Shown here piece by piece: positions 43,506-50,959 of a DNA stretch of 64,000 bases. How positions within the stretch are numbered: position 1 is the stretch's first letter; every line of letters begins with the position of its first letter. The DNA comes from an uncultured Rhizobiaceae bacterium (GTDB lineage Bacteria; Pseudomonadota; Alphaproteobacteria; SMXQ01), in NCBI GenBank assembly GCA_964577835.1, contig CAZOBN010000003.1, positions 490-64,489 of the forward strand, in the 5' to 3' direction. The notes under the pieces were generated by a model, which was not told where the DNA came from, did not search any database, and was given only the letters and a program-made list of their open reading frames with translations. Made by a program: the position numbers and the translations under genes.

Positions 43506-43907
43506 TCAGTGGGCGGCGACCACGATTTTCACCAGGCGGTCGGATGCGCGCTCTTTGGCGCTTTGCGCGATCGCGGCGCGGAAGACTTCCGCGGTGTGCG
43601 CATCGGGCACCGTCACCGTGTGCGGCAGCCCGGTGACCGCTACCCTGGCACAGGCCGGCGACAGACGCATGAGCGCGAGGGCGACGAGCGCAGCCTGGGC
43701 AGGAATGAGCGCGGCGGGGTCGATCTGCGCCTCGGGCTGCCGATCATAGCCGTCAACAAAGCCGAACTCCGCCAATGCGGCCAGCGCTTGTTGCGCCTTT
43801 TCCTTGGCTGTCCCCCGCGCCCGCGCCGCCAGCAACACCTTGGCGAACGCGCTTTTCATCTTCTGGCGGATGACGACGCTCTTGTTTTCTGTGATGTCGG
43901 TTCTCAT
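43506..43907 (-). CDS. Hypothetical protein
   Basis: 133-aa ORF with a GGGGAG SD 7 nt before the ATG and plausible composition. No family recognised. Confidence 0.5.
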   Translation of the reverse strand: MRTDITENKSVVIRQKMKSAFAKVLLAARARGTAKEKAQQALAALAEFGFVDGYDRQPEAQIDPAALIPAQAALVALALMRLSPACARVAVTGLPHTVTVPDAHTAEVFRAAIAQSAKERASDRLVKIVVAAH

Positions 43908-44093
43908 CGACTACTCCCCTGATGTCGTCGGGCCAAGCTTACCCGCAGATCATTAGCAAGGAAATGTTACAGAAAAGCGGCTACATTCAGTATGTGTAGG
44001 ATGAATATGACACAACTCGTTGCGGAATGCAGCGGTCGCCTCGCGGTTGTAAAGTCCGCCGGGTGAGCAGCTCGCGTGGCGAAAGGACACGGC

Positions 44094-44576
44094 ATGCCAC
44101 AGGATGAGAAGCGGATTGCGATCGCCGCCGAGGCGGCGCCACCGCGCACCAAGCCCTCCAACTATCCGGAACCATTCTTTTCCCGCATGGCCGGGCGCTT
44201 GAAGCGGCCGCTCGGGGATCTGTTCGGTTTGAGCAACTTCGGCGTCAATCTCACCAGACTCTCGCCCGGCGGACAATCGGCCCTGCGCCACGCCCATACC
44301 CGCCAGGACGAGTTCATCTATGTCTTGGAGGGCGAGCCGACGCTGATCACCGACGCGGGCGAGACGATCCTGCGACCCGGCATGTGCGCCGGTTTTAAGG
44401 CGGGAACGGGCGACGGGCATCATTTGATCAACCGCACAGATCGGGACGTGGTCTATCTCGAGATCGGCGATCGCACGGCGGGCGATACCGGTAGTTACCC
44501 TGACGACGACATCCAGGCGACGCTGGACAGCAGCGGAAAATGGGCCTTCACCCACAAGGACGGCCGCGCCTATTGA
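44094..44576 (+). CDS. Cupin-domain protein
   Basis: RHAHTRQDEFIYVLEGEPTLITD...GDGHHLINR. AAAGGA SD before ATG 44094. Confidence 0.75.
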   Translation: MPQDEKRIAIAAEAAPPRTKPSNYPEPFFSRMAGRLKRPLGDLFGLSNFGVNLTRLSPGGQSALRHAHTRQDEFIYVLEGEPTLITDAGETILRPGMCAGFKAGTGDGHHLINRTDRDVVYLEIGDRTAGDTGSYPDDDIQATLDSSGKWAFTHKDGRAY

Positions 44577-44707
44577 AGCCATGGTTGACGTGCGTCGGCA
44601 CGGCCTTGCGCGGCGCGCCGTTCCATGCACAATGCGCCGCCTGATTTATCTGCCCCTGATCTGGCCGCCAGCCGGCCGTCCCTCACTGGTCCGAAAGGAA
44701 ACCAGCC

Positions 44708-45199
44708 ATGTCCGCCAAAAGCACCGGCGCGTCCGACGACGTGCGCGAAAACTTCCTCCATCTCTATCTCGATAGCGGCCGCGTCGTGATCCAACTGCGC
44801 CCGGACCTCGCCCCCACCCACGTGGAGCGCATCAAGCAACTGACGCGCGATGGGTTCTACGACGGCATCGTCTTCCATCGCGTCATCGACGGCTTCATGG
44901 CCCAGACCGGCGACCCGACCGGCACCGGCACGGGCGGCTCGGGCCAGAAGCTCAAGGCCGAGTTCACCCGCACGCCATTCAAGCGCGGCACCGTCGGCAT
45001 GGCGCGCTCGCAGAACCCGAACAGCGGCGACAGCCAGTTCTTCATCTGCTTCGCCGATGCCCGCTTCCTCGACGGTCAATACACCGTGTGGGGCGAGGTC
45101 ACCGAAGGCATGGAGTTGGTCGACGGCATCGCCCAGGGCGAGCCGCCGGAGGATCCGGATAAGATCGTCCGCATGGTCGTCGCCGCGGACGACAAATAA
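44708..45199 (+). CDS. Cyclophilin-type peptidyl-prolyl cis-trans isomerase
   Basis: [30 protein letters not shown]...SQFFICF...[11 protein letters not shown]. Confidence 0.9.
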   Translation: MSAKSTGASDDVRENFLHLYLDSGRVVIQLRPDLAPTHVERIKQLTRDGFYDGIVFHRVIDGFMAQTGDPTGTGTGGSGQKLKAEFTRTPFKRGTVGMARSQNPNSGDSQFFICFADARFLDGQYTVWGEVTEGMELVDGIAQGEPPEDPDKIVRMVVAADDK

Positions 45200-45270
45200 G
45201 CACGAGACGATCGGCGAGCGCGGCATACCTGATCCGCCGCGCCGTCCTCAATTCCCAGGAGTTGCGAATT

Positions 45271-45558
45271 ATGGCCACTGCCAAAACCCAGCAGGTCAAG
45301 ACCGGCGGCGTCGCCGCCGACCAGCTGCGAAGCTTCATCGAGCGCATCGAGCGGCTCGACGAGGAAAAGGCGACGCTCGCCAACGACATCAAGGAGGTCT
45401 TCGCCGAAGCCAAGATGAACGGATTCGACACGCCGGCGATGCGCCAAATCCTCAAGCTGCGCAAGATGGACCATTCGGACCGCCAGGAGCGCGAGGCCAT
45501 CCTGGATCTCTATATGCGCGCGCTCGGCATGGACGACGACCGCGGCGCGGAGGAGTAG
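45271..45558 (+). CDS. gapR: DUF2312-family nucleoid-associated protein (GapR-like)
   Basis: [62 protein letters not shown] before ATG 45271. Confidence 0.75.
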   Translation: MATAKTQQVKTGGVAADQLRSFIERIERLDEEKATLANDIKEVFAEAKMNGFDTPAMRQILKLRKMDHSDRQEREAILDLYMRALGMDDDRGAEE

Positions 45559-45593
45559 GCGGCTCGACGCCGACGACAACCAGTCCTAGTTTC

Positions 45594-45763
45594 TCGTCAT
45601 GCCCCGGCTTGTCCCACGGCTGTCCGGTTGAGCATCCAAGTTTTCCAGAAAAAACGCGGACAGCATGACATTCGATGGTGAATTCGCAGAGGACGGACAC
45701 CGATCGTCACAGTCACAAGCGACGGCTTGACGTGGATGGCCCGACTGAATCGGGCCATGACGA
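45594..45763. repeat. REP-like palindromic element, split copy (arms 45595..45615 and 45731..45762)
   Basis: TCGTCATGCCCCGGCTTGTCCC ... CGTGGATGGCCCGACTGAATCGGGCCATGACGA. The arms are inverted repeats as at 33618..33713 but are separated by about 115 bp. Confidence 0.55.
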
Positions 45764-45824
45764 TTTTTTTCGTCGCGCGCATCGTCGGGCTGGTGGCGGC
45801 CGTCTTAACAGCCGATTCCAGGTG

Positions 45825-45929
45825 CTAGAGCATGATCCGTTTCAGTGGAATCGGATCATGCTCTCGAGTCTTGATTTAATCGCGTTTTCTACGCCGAACC
45901 GGTTTCCACTTCGGCGGAAAACGCTCTAG
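45825..45929 (+). mobile_element. 105-bp CTAG-bounded double-hairpin MITE, copy C
   Basis: CTAGAGCATGATCCGTTTCAGTGGAATCGGATCATGCTCTCGAG...CGTTTTCTACGCCGAACCGGTTTCCACTTCGGCGGAAAACGCTCTAG. It ends 3 nt from the DUF488 stop codon. Confidence 0.85.
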
Positions 45930-45932
45930 GGC

Positions 45933-46487
45933 CTACAGCCCCGGCAGCCGCGGCGCTGCGGGGTTTTCCGGATAGAGCAGAGCGCCGTTCTCGCTCCGCA
46001 CCGCGTTCTCGGCGATGCGCGCCGGCTCGGTCTTGCCCGCCGCCAGGATGTGAACCACCTCGTTGCCGTCGGCCAGCAGATAGTCGGCGATGATGCGTCG
46101 GTGGCATTTCCACCACAGCGCTTCCGCGCACATGATGGCCGGCCGGCGGATCGCGGCGATCCGTTCCAGCTCGGCAAGCGCCGCGCGGAACGGCGGCGTC
46201 AGGGCATAGTCGGCGTAGTTGCGGAATCCCGCATGCGTCCAGAACGAATTGGGCGAGGGCCCCTCTTGCTGCTTGCCGCGCCGGCCGCCGAGCGCCTTGT
46301 CGTTGCTGTAGGCGATGCCGGCGTCCGGCAGCGCGGCCGCCAGATGTTCCATATTGAACTGCGGGTTCCGGCGCGAGCGCGGTATGGTCCGCACATCGAG
46401 CAGCATATCCACGCCCCGTTCGCGCAGCATGGCGATCAGTTCGTCGAGGCTGCGCGTCGAATGGCCAATGGTGAAGATCGTCGGCAT
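45933..46487 (-). CDS. DUF488-family protein
   Basis: MPTIFTIGHSTRSLDELIAMLRERGVDMLLDVRTIPRSRRNPQFN... Confidence 0.8.
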   Translation of the reverse strand: MPTIFTIGHSTRSLDELIAMLRERGVDMLLDVRTIPRSRRNPQFNMEHLAAALPDAGIAYSNDKALGGRRGKQQEGPSPNSFWTHAGFRNYADYALTPPFRAALAELERIAAIRRPAIMCAEALWWKCHRRIIADYLLADGNEVVHILAAGKTEPARIAENAVRSENGALLYPENPAAPRLPGL

Positions 46488-46533
46488 GCCGATCAGATAA
46501 GCACGATGGGCGCAGGCTGCCAGTCCGCGTCTT

Positions 46534-47943
46534 TCAGCCCGGCAGCCGCAGGGTGAAGATAACCGCGCCGACAGCCGCGCTGACGGCCAGCACCGTCAGC
46601 ATGCGGATATGGAAAACCAGCATGGCGACGATCGCCGCAGCCGAGAGCGCGAGCGCGAAAGGATCGAGCGTCGCCCACGCCGGCCAGTGCAGCTTGAGAC
46701 CGTGGGTCTCGATCGTGTCGACCCGGGCGAACAGCACGTGCAGCGCGAACCATACGGTCAGGTTCAGCATGACGCCGACCACGGCGGCGGTGATGGTGGT
46801 CAGCGCCGCCGCCAGCGCGTTGTTGCCGCGCAGGGCCTCGATATAGGGCGCGCCGAGGAAGATCCACAGGAAGCAGGGCACGAAGGTGACCCAGGTGGTG
46901 AGCGCAGCGCCGAGCACGCCCGCCATCATCGGGTCGAGCGTGCCCGGGTTGCGGAAAGCGCCCATGAAACCGACGAACTGCAGCACCAGGATGAGCGGCC
47001 CGGGCGTGGTCTCGGCGAGACCCAAGCCGTCGAGCATTTCGCCCGGCTGCAGCCAGCCGTGGGTGTTCACCGCCTCCTGCGCCACATAGGCGAGCACGGC
47101 ATAGGCGCCGCCGAAGGTGACCACCGCCATTTTGCTGAAGAACAGGCCCTCGGCGACATAGATGCTGTTCCAACCGGCCCAAACCGCGACGGCGGAAATC
47201 GGCGCGAACCACAACACCAGGCAGATCCCCAGCACGCGCATGGCGCGCCCCAGACTGGGGCGGGTGTGGTCGAGCGTGCCGTCGGCGAGCGCCGCGTCGA
47301 GCGCGGGCGTAGCCTCCGTCTTGCCGCCGTGGCTCTGGGCGAGGCCGAAGACACGCGGCCAAAGCCGGCCGCCGACCAGGCCGACGAGCGCGGCGCCGAG
47401 CACGATGATGGGAAAATCCACGTCGAAGGCGAAGATGCCGAGGAAGGCCGCGGCGGCGATGAGATACATCCAGACGTTCTTCAGCGCGCGTCTGCTGATC
47501 CGCAACAGCGCCTCGACCACGACCGCGAGCACGGCAGCCTTCACGCCGAAGAAAATCGCCTGGACCAGGGTGAGGTCATGGAAGCCGGCATAGAGAATGC
47601 TCAAGCCCAGAATGACCAGCGCGCCCGGCACCACGAACAGGATGCCGGCGGCCAGGCCGCCCGCCGTGCGATGCAGCAGCCAGCCGATATAGGTGGCGAG
47701 TTGCTGCGCCTCGGGACCCGGCAGCAGCATGCAATAGTTGAGCGCATGGAGAAAGCGGCTCTCGCCGATCCAGCGCTTCTCGTCGACCAGGATGCGGTGC
47801 ATGAGGGCGATCTGCCCGGCCGGACCGCCGAAGCTCAGCAGGCCGATCTTGAGCCAGACGCGAAAGGCCTCCGCGAAGCTGACGCCATGACCTTGCGCCT
47901 GGGCGGTTTCGTTCGCGGCTGCGGCGCCCAGGTTCTCTGGCAT
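46534..47943 (-). CDS. chrA: Chromate transporter ChrA (two CHR domains)
   Basis: Start at MPENLGAAAANE (ATG 47943). GLLSFGGPAGQIALMH in the first half and VVTFGGAYAVLAYV in the second. Confidence 0.85.
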   Translation of the reverse strand: MPENLGAAAANETAQAQGHGVSFAEAFRVWLKIGLLSFGGPAGQIALMHRILVDEKRWIGESRFLHALNYCMLLPGPEAQQLATYIGWLLHRTAGGLAAGILFVVPGALVILGLSILYAGFHDLTLVQAIFFGVKAAVLAVVVEALLRISRRALKNVWMYLIAAAAFLGIFAFDVDFPIIVLGAALVGLVGGRLWPRVFGLAQSHGGKTEATPALDAALADGTLDHTRPSLGRAMRVLGICLVLWFAPISAVAVWAGWNSIYVAEGLFFSKMAVVTFGGAYAVLAYVAQEAVNTHGWLQPGEMLDGLGLAETTPGPLILVLQFVGFMGAFRNPGTLDPMMAGVLGAALTTWVTFVPCFLWIFLGAPYIEALRGNNALAAALTTITAAVVGVMLNLTVWFALHVLFARVDTIETHGLKLHWPAWATLDPFALALSAAAIVAMLVFHIRMLTVLAVSAAVGAVIFTLRLPG

Positions 47944-48210
47944 GGCTTCAACCCGCTTGATGGCGACGCGATGAAAAGACCGGTGAACCGGCAAGCGCCG
48001 GGACCAAGCCGATCGCGCGTGTTGCAAATGGAGCGACAAGCCGCAAGGCACCCTCCCCTATGAACGAGGCAAGGGCAGCGCTTGGACAGGGCGTCTTGGG
48101 ATACCGGGCGTCTGCCGAGCCCGACGAAGCAATCTACAAGTTGACCTCGACAATGCCAAGGCCAATACAACTATGATATTTTCCCGAAGTGACCGTCGAC
48201 GGTGATCGCC

Positions 48211-49449
48211 TCAGTTTCGCTGACTGTTCCGCGCAACTCTCTCCGCATTATGCTGGATGCTGTCACTGATCAGGCGCAAACTTTCACCGTTAACCTGAAA
48301 TCTGTTACTCAATTCGGTGGCGATTCGTTGTGCTCCCGATGAAACAGCCTCAGCAATTTGATTGACTCGGCGGGGTGTTGCAGAAGGTGACAATCCAACA
48401 CTGGACGCGAAGCGTTCCCAATGACGCTTATGCAAGTGTTCAGCGCGGCTCTTATCAGCGATCTTCATCGCAAGGTTTCGAGTGATGTTCTGATATATGA
48501 GCGCGGTCATGAGATCGTATGCCGGGGCCAATCGAGGTCCGTCATCGGTCAGCATGAGGGAGTAGTTTTTGCCATGGCGGTCGGTATCGCCTATGCAACA
48601 TGAAAAAACGATAAGATCCAAAAGGTGGAGTCGATCACGAGCACGCTGTTTCGAGTGCTCGTCAATGACGCTGAATAAATTTGCGAACCCCGGCCATCCT
48701 CCCGACTCATGTTTATTCGTTGGATAGATAGAGAGGGCCTGACAGAAGTCTTCTTGATGATCCCTGTGCACCTTCCTATCGGCAGATAAGTGCCGATCAT
48801 AGCGCTCCACGAGCAGATATTTTTTGTCTAAGGCGGTCGCCATTGTCGTAGAAGCTGTCGGCAAACCAACATGCGCCGCTAAATGCATGCAGAAAAGCTC
48901 ATTCTCTACCGTGGCATGGAGACGGTCACTCGCCGGTTTTAGTATATGTGTGGATGCGGCGCCGTTGAGGGGCAGCAGGATGTTGCCATCGAAAACTGCG
49001 ACGGTCAGTTTCGACTGAGCGCCTGCCAGAGACATGGTTACGCCTCCCTCGCCAATCAGCAAGGGGCGGTCGGGAAGTTGAGCTATGGCTTGCGCGAGTT
49101 GAACGTCGTCCAGTTTGCGATATTGAGCATCATTGGTTGATTCAGAGGCACCAATAGATAGCGCGCCAGCGGTTTCACGACCGATTTTCTCAAGGAGGCC
49201 GTAGACGTCCCCCTGGCTGCGTCCCAGAAGGCGTCCAATCACCTCCAACTGCCGTTCCTCGGGTAAGAGGTTTGCAAACCAGGGGGTTGCGACTGAGTTC
49301 TCGAACTCTCCCTCGCGCAGTGGCATGCTGACGGATATTGCAAAGGAGTTCTTTTGACTCAACCATTCCGGCGAGTAAGCAAATGTGAGGCCAACTTTGT
49401 CTCGCGTGATATGGCCGACAAGTTGGTCTTCATAGAAGACAGGCAGCAT
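48211..49449 (-). CDS. hipA: HipA-family serine/threonine kinase toxin
   Basis: 412 aa. Couple_hipA-like N-terminus (MLPVFYEDQLVGHI...), P-loop-like MSLAGAQSKLTV, catalytic GDTDRHGKNYSLM and LAPAYDLM. Visibly lower G+C than the flanks. Confidence 0.85.
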   Translation of the reverse strand: MLPVFYEDQLVGHITRDKVGLTFAYSPEWLSQKNSFAISVSMPLREGEFENSVATPWFANLLPEERQLEVIGRLLGRSQGDVYGLLEKIGRETAGALSIGASESTNDAQYRKLDDVQLAQAIAQLPDRPLLIGEGGVTMSLAGAQSKLTVAVFDGNILLPLNGAASTHILKPASDRLHATVENELFCMHLAAHVGLPTASTTMATALDKKYLLVERYDRHLSADRKVHRDHQEDFCQALSIYPTNKHESGGWPGFANLFSVIDEHSKQRARDRLHLLDLIVFSCCIGDTDRHGKNYSLMLTDDGPRLAPAYDLMTALIYQNITRNLAMKIADKSRAEHLHKRHWERFASSVGLSPSATPRRVNQIAEAVSSGAQRIATELSNRFQVNGESLRLISDSIQHNAERVARNSQRN

Positions 49450-49451
49450 TT

Positions 49452-49661
49452 CTATGGCCTATCAGTCAGGCCGATATACAGACCGAGCGAGGTCGCCACC
49501 CGAAAAGCCAACCCCAGACGGACTGTTTCCTTACCGGCTTCCAAATCGACGATGAAGCGCTCTCCGGTGCCTACCGAGAGGGCCAATTCCTTCTGGGTCA
49601 ATCCAGCTCTGCGCCGAGCCTCTCGGACAGACGACCCAAAATCTCGCGCGTCTTTTATCAT
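49452..49661 (-). CDS. hipB: HipB-like XRE-family HTH antitoxin
   Basis: MIKDARDFGSSVREARRRAGLTQKELALSVGTGERFIVDLEAGKETVRL. Start moved from ORF start 49751 to ATG 49661 because the promoter and operators occupy 49678..49793. The stop lies 2 nt before the hipA ATG. Confidence 0.75.
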   Translation of the reverse strand: MIKDARDFGSSVREARRRAGLTQKELALSVGTGERFIVDLEAGKETVRLGLAFRVATSLGLYIGLTDRP

Positions 49662-49677
49662 CCTAGCCAACCTCAAT

Positions 49678-49793
49678 CTTACTGATCGGTAAGATATAAG
49701 ATTGGAATGGCTACTTGCAAGGTTAAACTTACCGATCGGGTTGTTCTCCATTAAACGGGCGTTAAAAAAGCCAAATTCTTACCGTTCGGTAAG
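49678..49793. promoter_or_regulatory. Three 16-bp palindromic operator candidates (CTTACCGWWCGGTAAG) at exactly 50-bp spacing
   Basis: 49678 CTTACTGATCGGTAAG; 49728 CTTACCGATCGGGTTG; 49778 CTTACCGTTCGGTAAG. Confidence 0.6.
49691..49720 (-). promoter_or_regulatory. Candidate sigma70 promoter of hipBA
   Basis: On the minus strand: TTGCAA (49720..49715), 18 nt, TATCTT (49696..49691). The -10 overlaps operator 1. Confidence 0.45.
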
Positions 49794-49809
49794 ATGCGCG
49801 GACACGTGC

Positions 49810-49848
49810 AAAAATGAAACCCCGCCCGGGCAGAAGCCGCGGCGGGGT
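49810..49848 (-). terminator. Intrinsic terminator (minus strand)
   Basis: On the minus strand: CCCCGCC-gcggcttctgcccg-GGCGGGG followed by TTTCATTTTT. Confidence 0.75.
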
Positions 49849-50240
49849 TCCGATTTTGGTGGGGTCTAACCCCCGACCCGTCCGAAACGGATCATATGAC
49901 GGGCGTCAATGCCCGGTCTTCAGGTCTTACGTATGTCTGGCAGCCCGCGATCCGGTACCCCCCATGGCGGGACTAGAAAGCGGACTGTGGCTTCCGGTAT
50001 GTGGGCGGAAGCCAACGTAACTGGCTGGGTGGATCTTCCATGCGTGACGCACCCTCCTGACTGTTGACACGGTGTCGGCCGCTTGCCGGCCATCGAAGGC
50101 ACCGATGAAAGGGCCTGGTCCCGTCGGATGACAAGCCGGCGCGCCTTGCTCCAGGAAGGCGCCGGCTCAGCGCGTCCCGGTTAGTACCGGCGAAGGGTTG
50201 TTGGCAAACCCGCGCGCTTTCATCGGCATGTGCCGACATG
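49810..50240 (-). ncRNA. Candidate ~430-nt structured non-coding RNA, family unassigned
   Basis: No credible ORF; the frames are Arg-rich and third-position G+C is not elevated. The unit is bracketed by a promoter-like element and an intrinsic terminator. Many perfect helices are present, for example 50102-50111/50217-50226, 50135-50166, 49989-50013, 50177-50190 and 50195-50211. Confidence 0.4.
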
Positions 50241-50244
50241 AAGA

Positions 50245-50273
50245 AGCCTAGGACTCACATTTTCGTGTTTCAA
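50245..50273 (-). promoter_or_regulatory. Candidate sigma70 promoter for the structured RNA
   Basis: On the minus strand: TTGAAA (50273..50268), 17 nt, TAGGCT (50250..50245). An AT-rich tract (AATTTAATTATGATATATGTCAATT) lies just upstream. Confidence 0.3.
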
Positions 50274-50521
50274 GCAGTAAAGTGACGTCAAATTGACATA
50301 TATCATAATTAAATTGCGTCGCTCCGCTTGGCTTGGCCGGCACTCGCCTGAACCCCCTGAGTCAAATGTGGGACAGGCCCATACCATCGTACAGCGCCCA
50401 TTGTCCGCCGCCTCGCATGCCGATAAATAGGGCAGTGCCGGATGCCAAGTGCAACGGAGCAAGGTTTCCGGCGTTTAGTATCGTTTGGTATCGTTCGAGA
50501 ACTCAATCATAAGGGGCCCCC

Positions 50522-50935
50522 ATGCTGAAATCCCGCAAGTTCTGCCGTGCCGTCGTCGCTGCCGTGACCGCCGGCCTGTTCGTCACCTCGATGCCGATGC
50601 CGCGCGCCCAGGCGGCGCTCGTCACCAGCGAAGAGCTCGTCACCCAGCGGTCGGTCGCCGCCGACCGCGCCCGCATCAACGAGCTGATGGCCCGCGAGGA
50701 CGTTCAGCGCGAGCTGAAGACCTATGGCATCTCGCCGGACGAAGCCCAGGCGCGCGTCAACAGCCTGACCGACGAGGAAGTCATGCAGGTCGCCGGCCGG
50801 CTCGACCAAATGCCGGCAGGCCAGGGCGCGCTCGGCGTCATCATCGGCGCCGCGCTGATTATCTTCATCGTCCTGCTGATCACCGACATCGCGGGTCTGA
50901 CCAAGGTCTTCCCCTGGACGCGTAGCGTGCGTTAA
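50522..50935 (+). CDS. PA2779-family small membrane-anchored protein
   Basis: Signal peptide MLKSRKFCRAVVAAVTAGLFVTSMPMPRAQA, helical middle (DRARINELMAREDVQRELKTYGISPDEAQARVNSLTDEEV) and a C-terminal TM segment (ALGVIIGAALIIFIVLLI). Confidence 0.7.
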   Translation: MLKSRKFCRAVVAAVTAGLFVTSMPMPRAQAALVTSEELVTQRSVAADRARINELMAREDVQRELKTYGISPDEAQARVNSLTDEEVMQVAGRLDQMPAGQGALGVIIGAALIIFIVLLITDIAGLTKVFPWTRSVR

Positions 50936-50959
50936 TCGGCCAGGTCGAAGACGCGTTCC

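Noticed and set aside
45675-45929. Small ORFs such as 45675..45929, 45597..45782 and 33481..33696, and the N-terminus of 10161..11123 (MIRFH...).
   Set aside because: They are translations of the MITE and REP-like repeats (for example ...HDPFQWNRIMLSSLDLIAFSTPNRFPLRRKTL). They recur wherever the repeat recurs and are not genes.
48187-48210. AAGTGACCGTCGAC... resembling AAGTGACGTCAAATTGAC at 50279, considered as direct repeats flanking the hipBA + RNA segment.
   Set aside because: Only about 10 scattered matching bases. This is too weak to call att-like repeats without comparative data. It is noted under the hipBA finding only as a weak hint.
49662-49751. Longer hipB start at 49751 (MENNPIGKFNLASSH...).
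   Set aside because: That extension would place the promoter-like TTGCAA-N18-TATCTT and two operator dyads inside the coding sequence. The HTH protein from ATG 49661 has the normal HipB size.
49989-50020. Possible group II intron domain V (CCGGUAUGUGGGCGGAAGCCAACGUAACUGG).
   Set aside because: The two strands do not pair in the domain V register, there is no AGC triad or GNRA-capped 34-nt hairpin, and no intron-encoded protein or domain VI is nearby.
49810-50240. Tested whether the structured RNA is tmRNA (one- or two-piece), RNase P RNA, SRP RNA or a cobalamin riboswitch.
   Set aside because: - No GGGG...CCACCA acceptor pairing with a G3-U70 pair.
- No UUCGA T-loop.
- The GCC AAC AAC frame ends in ...TGTR rather than an (L/V/Q)AA-type tag.
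- No GGAAAGUCCGGGC / ACAGAACCCGGCUUA P4 pair.
- No GUCAGGUCCGGAAGGAAGCAGC.
- No proper B12 box.

Only fragmentary resemblances remain, so it is left unassigned pending Infernal searches.
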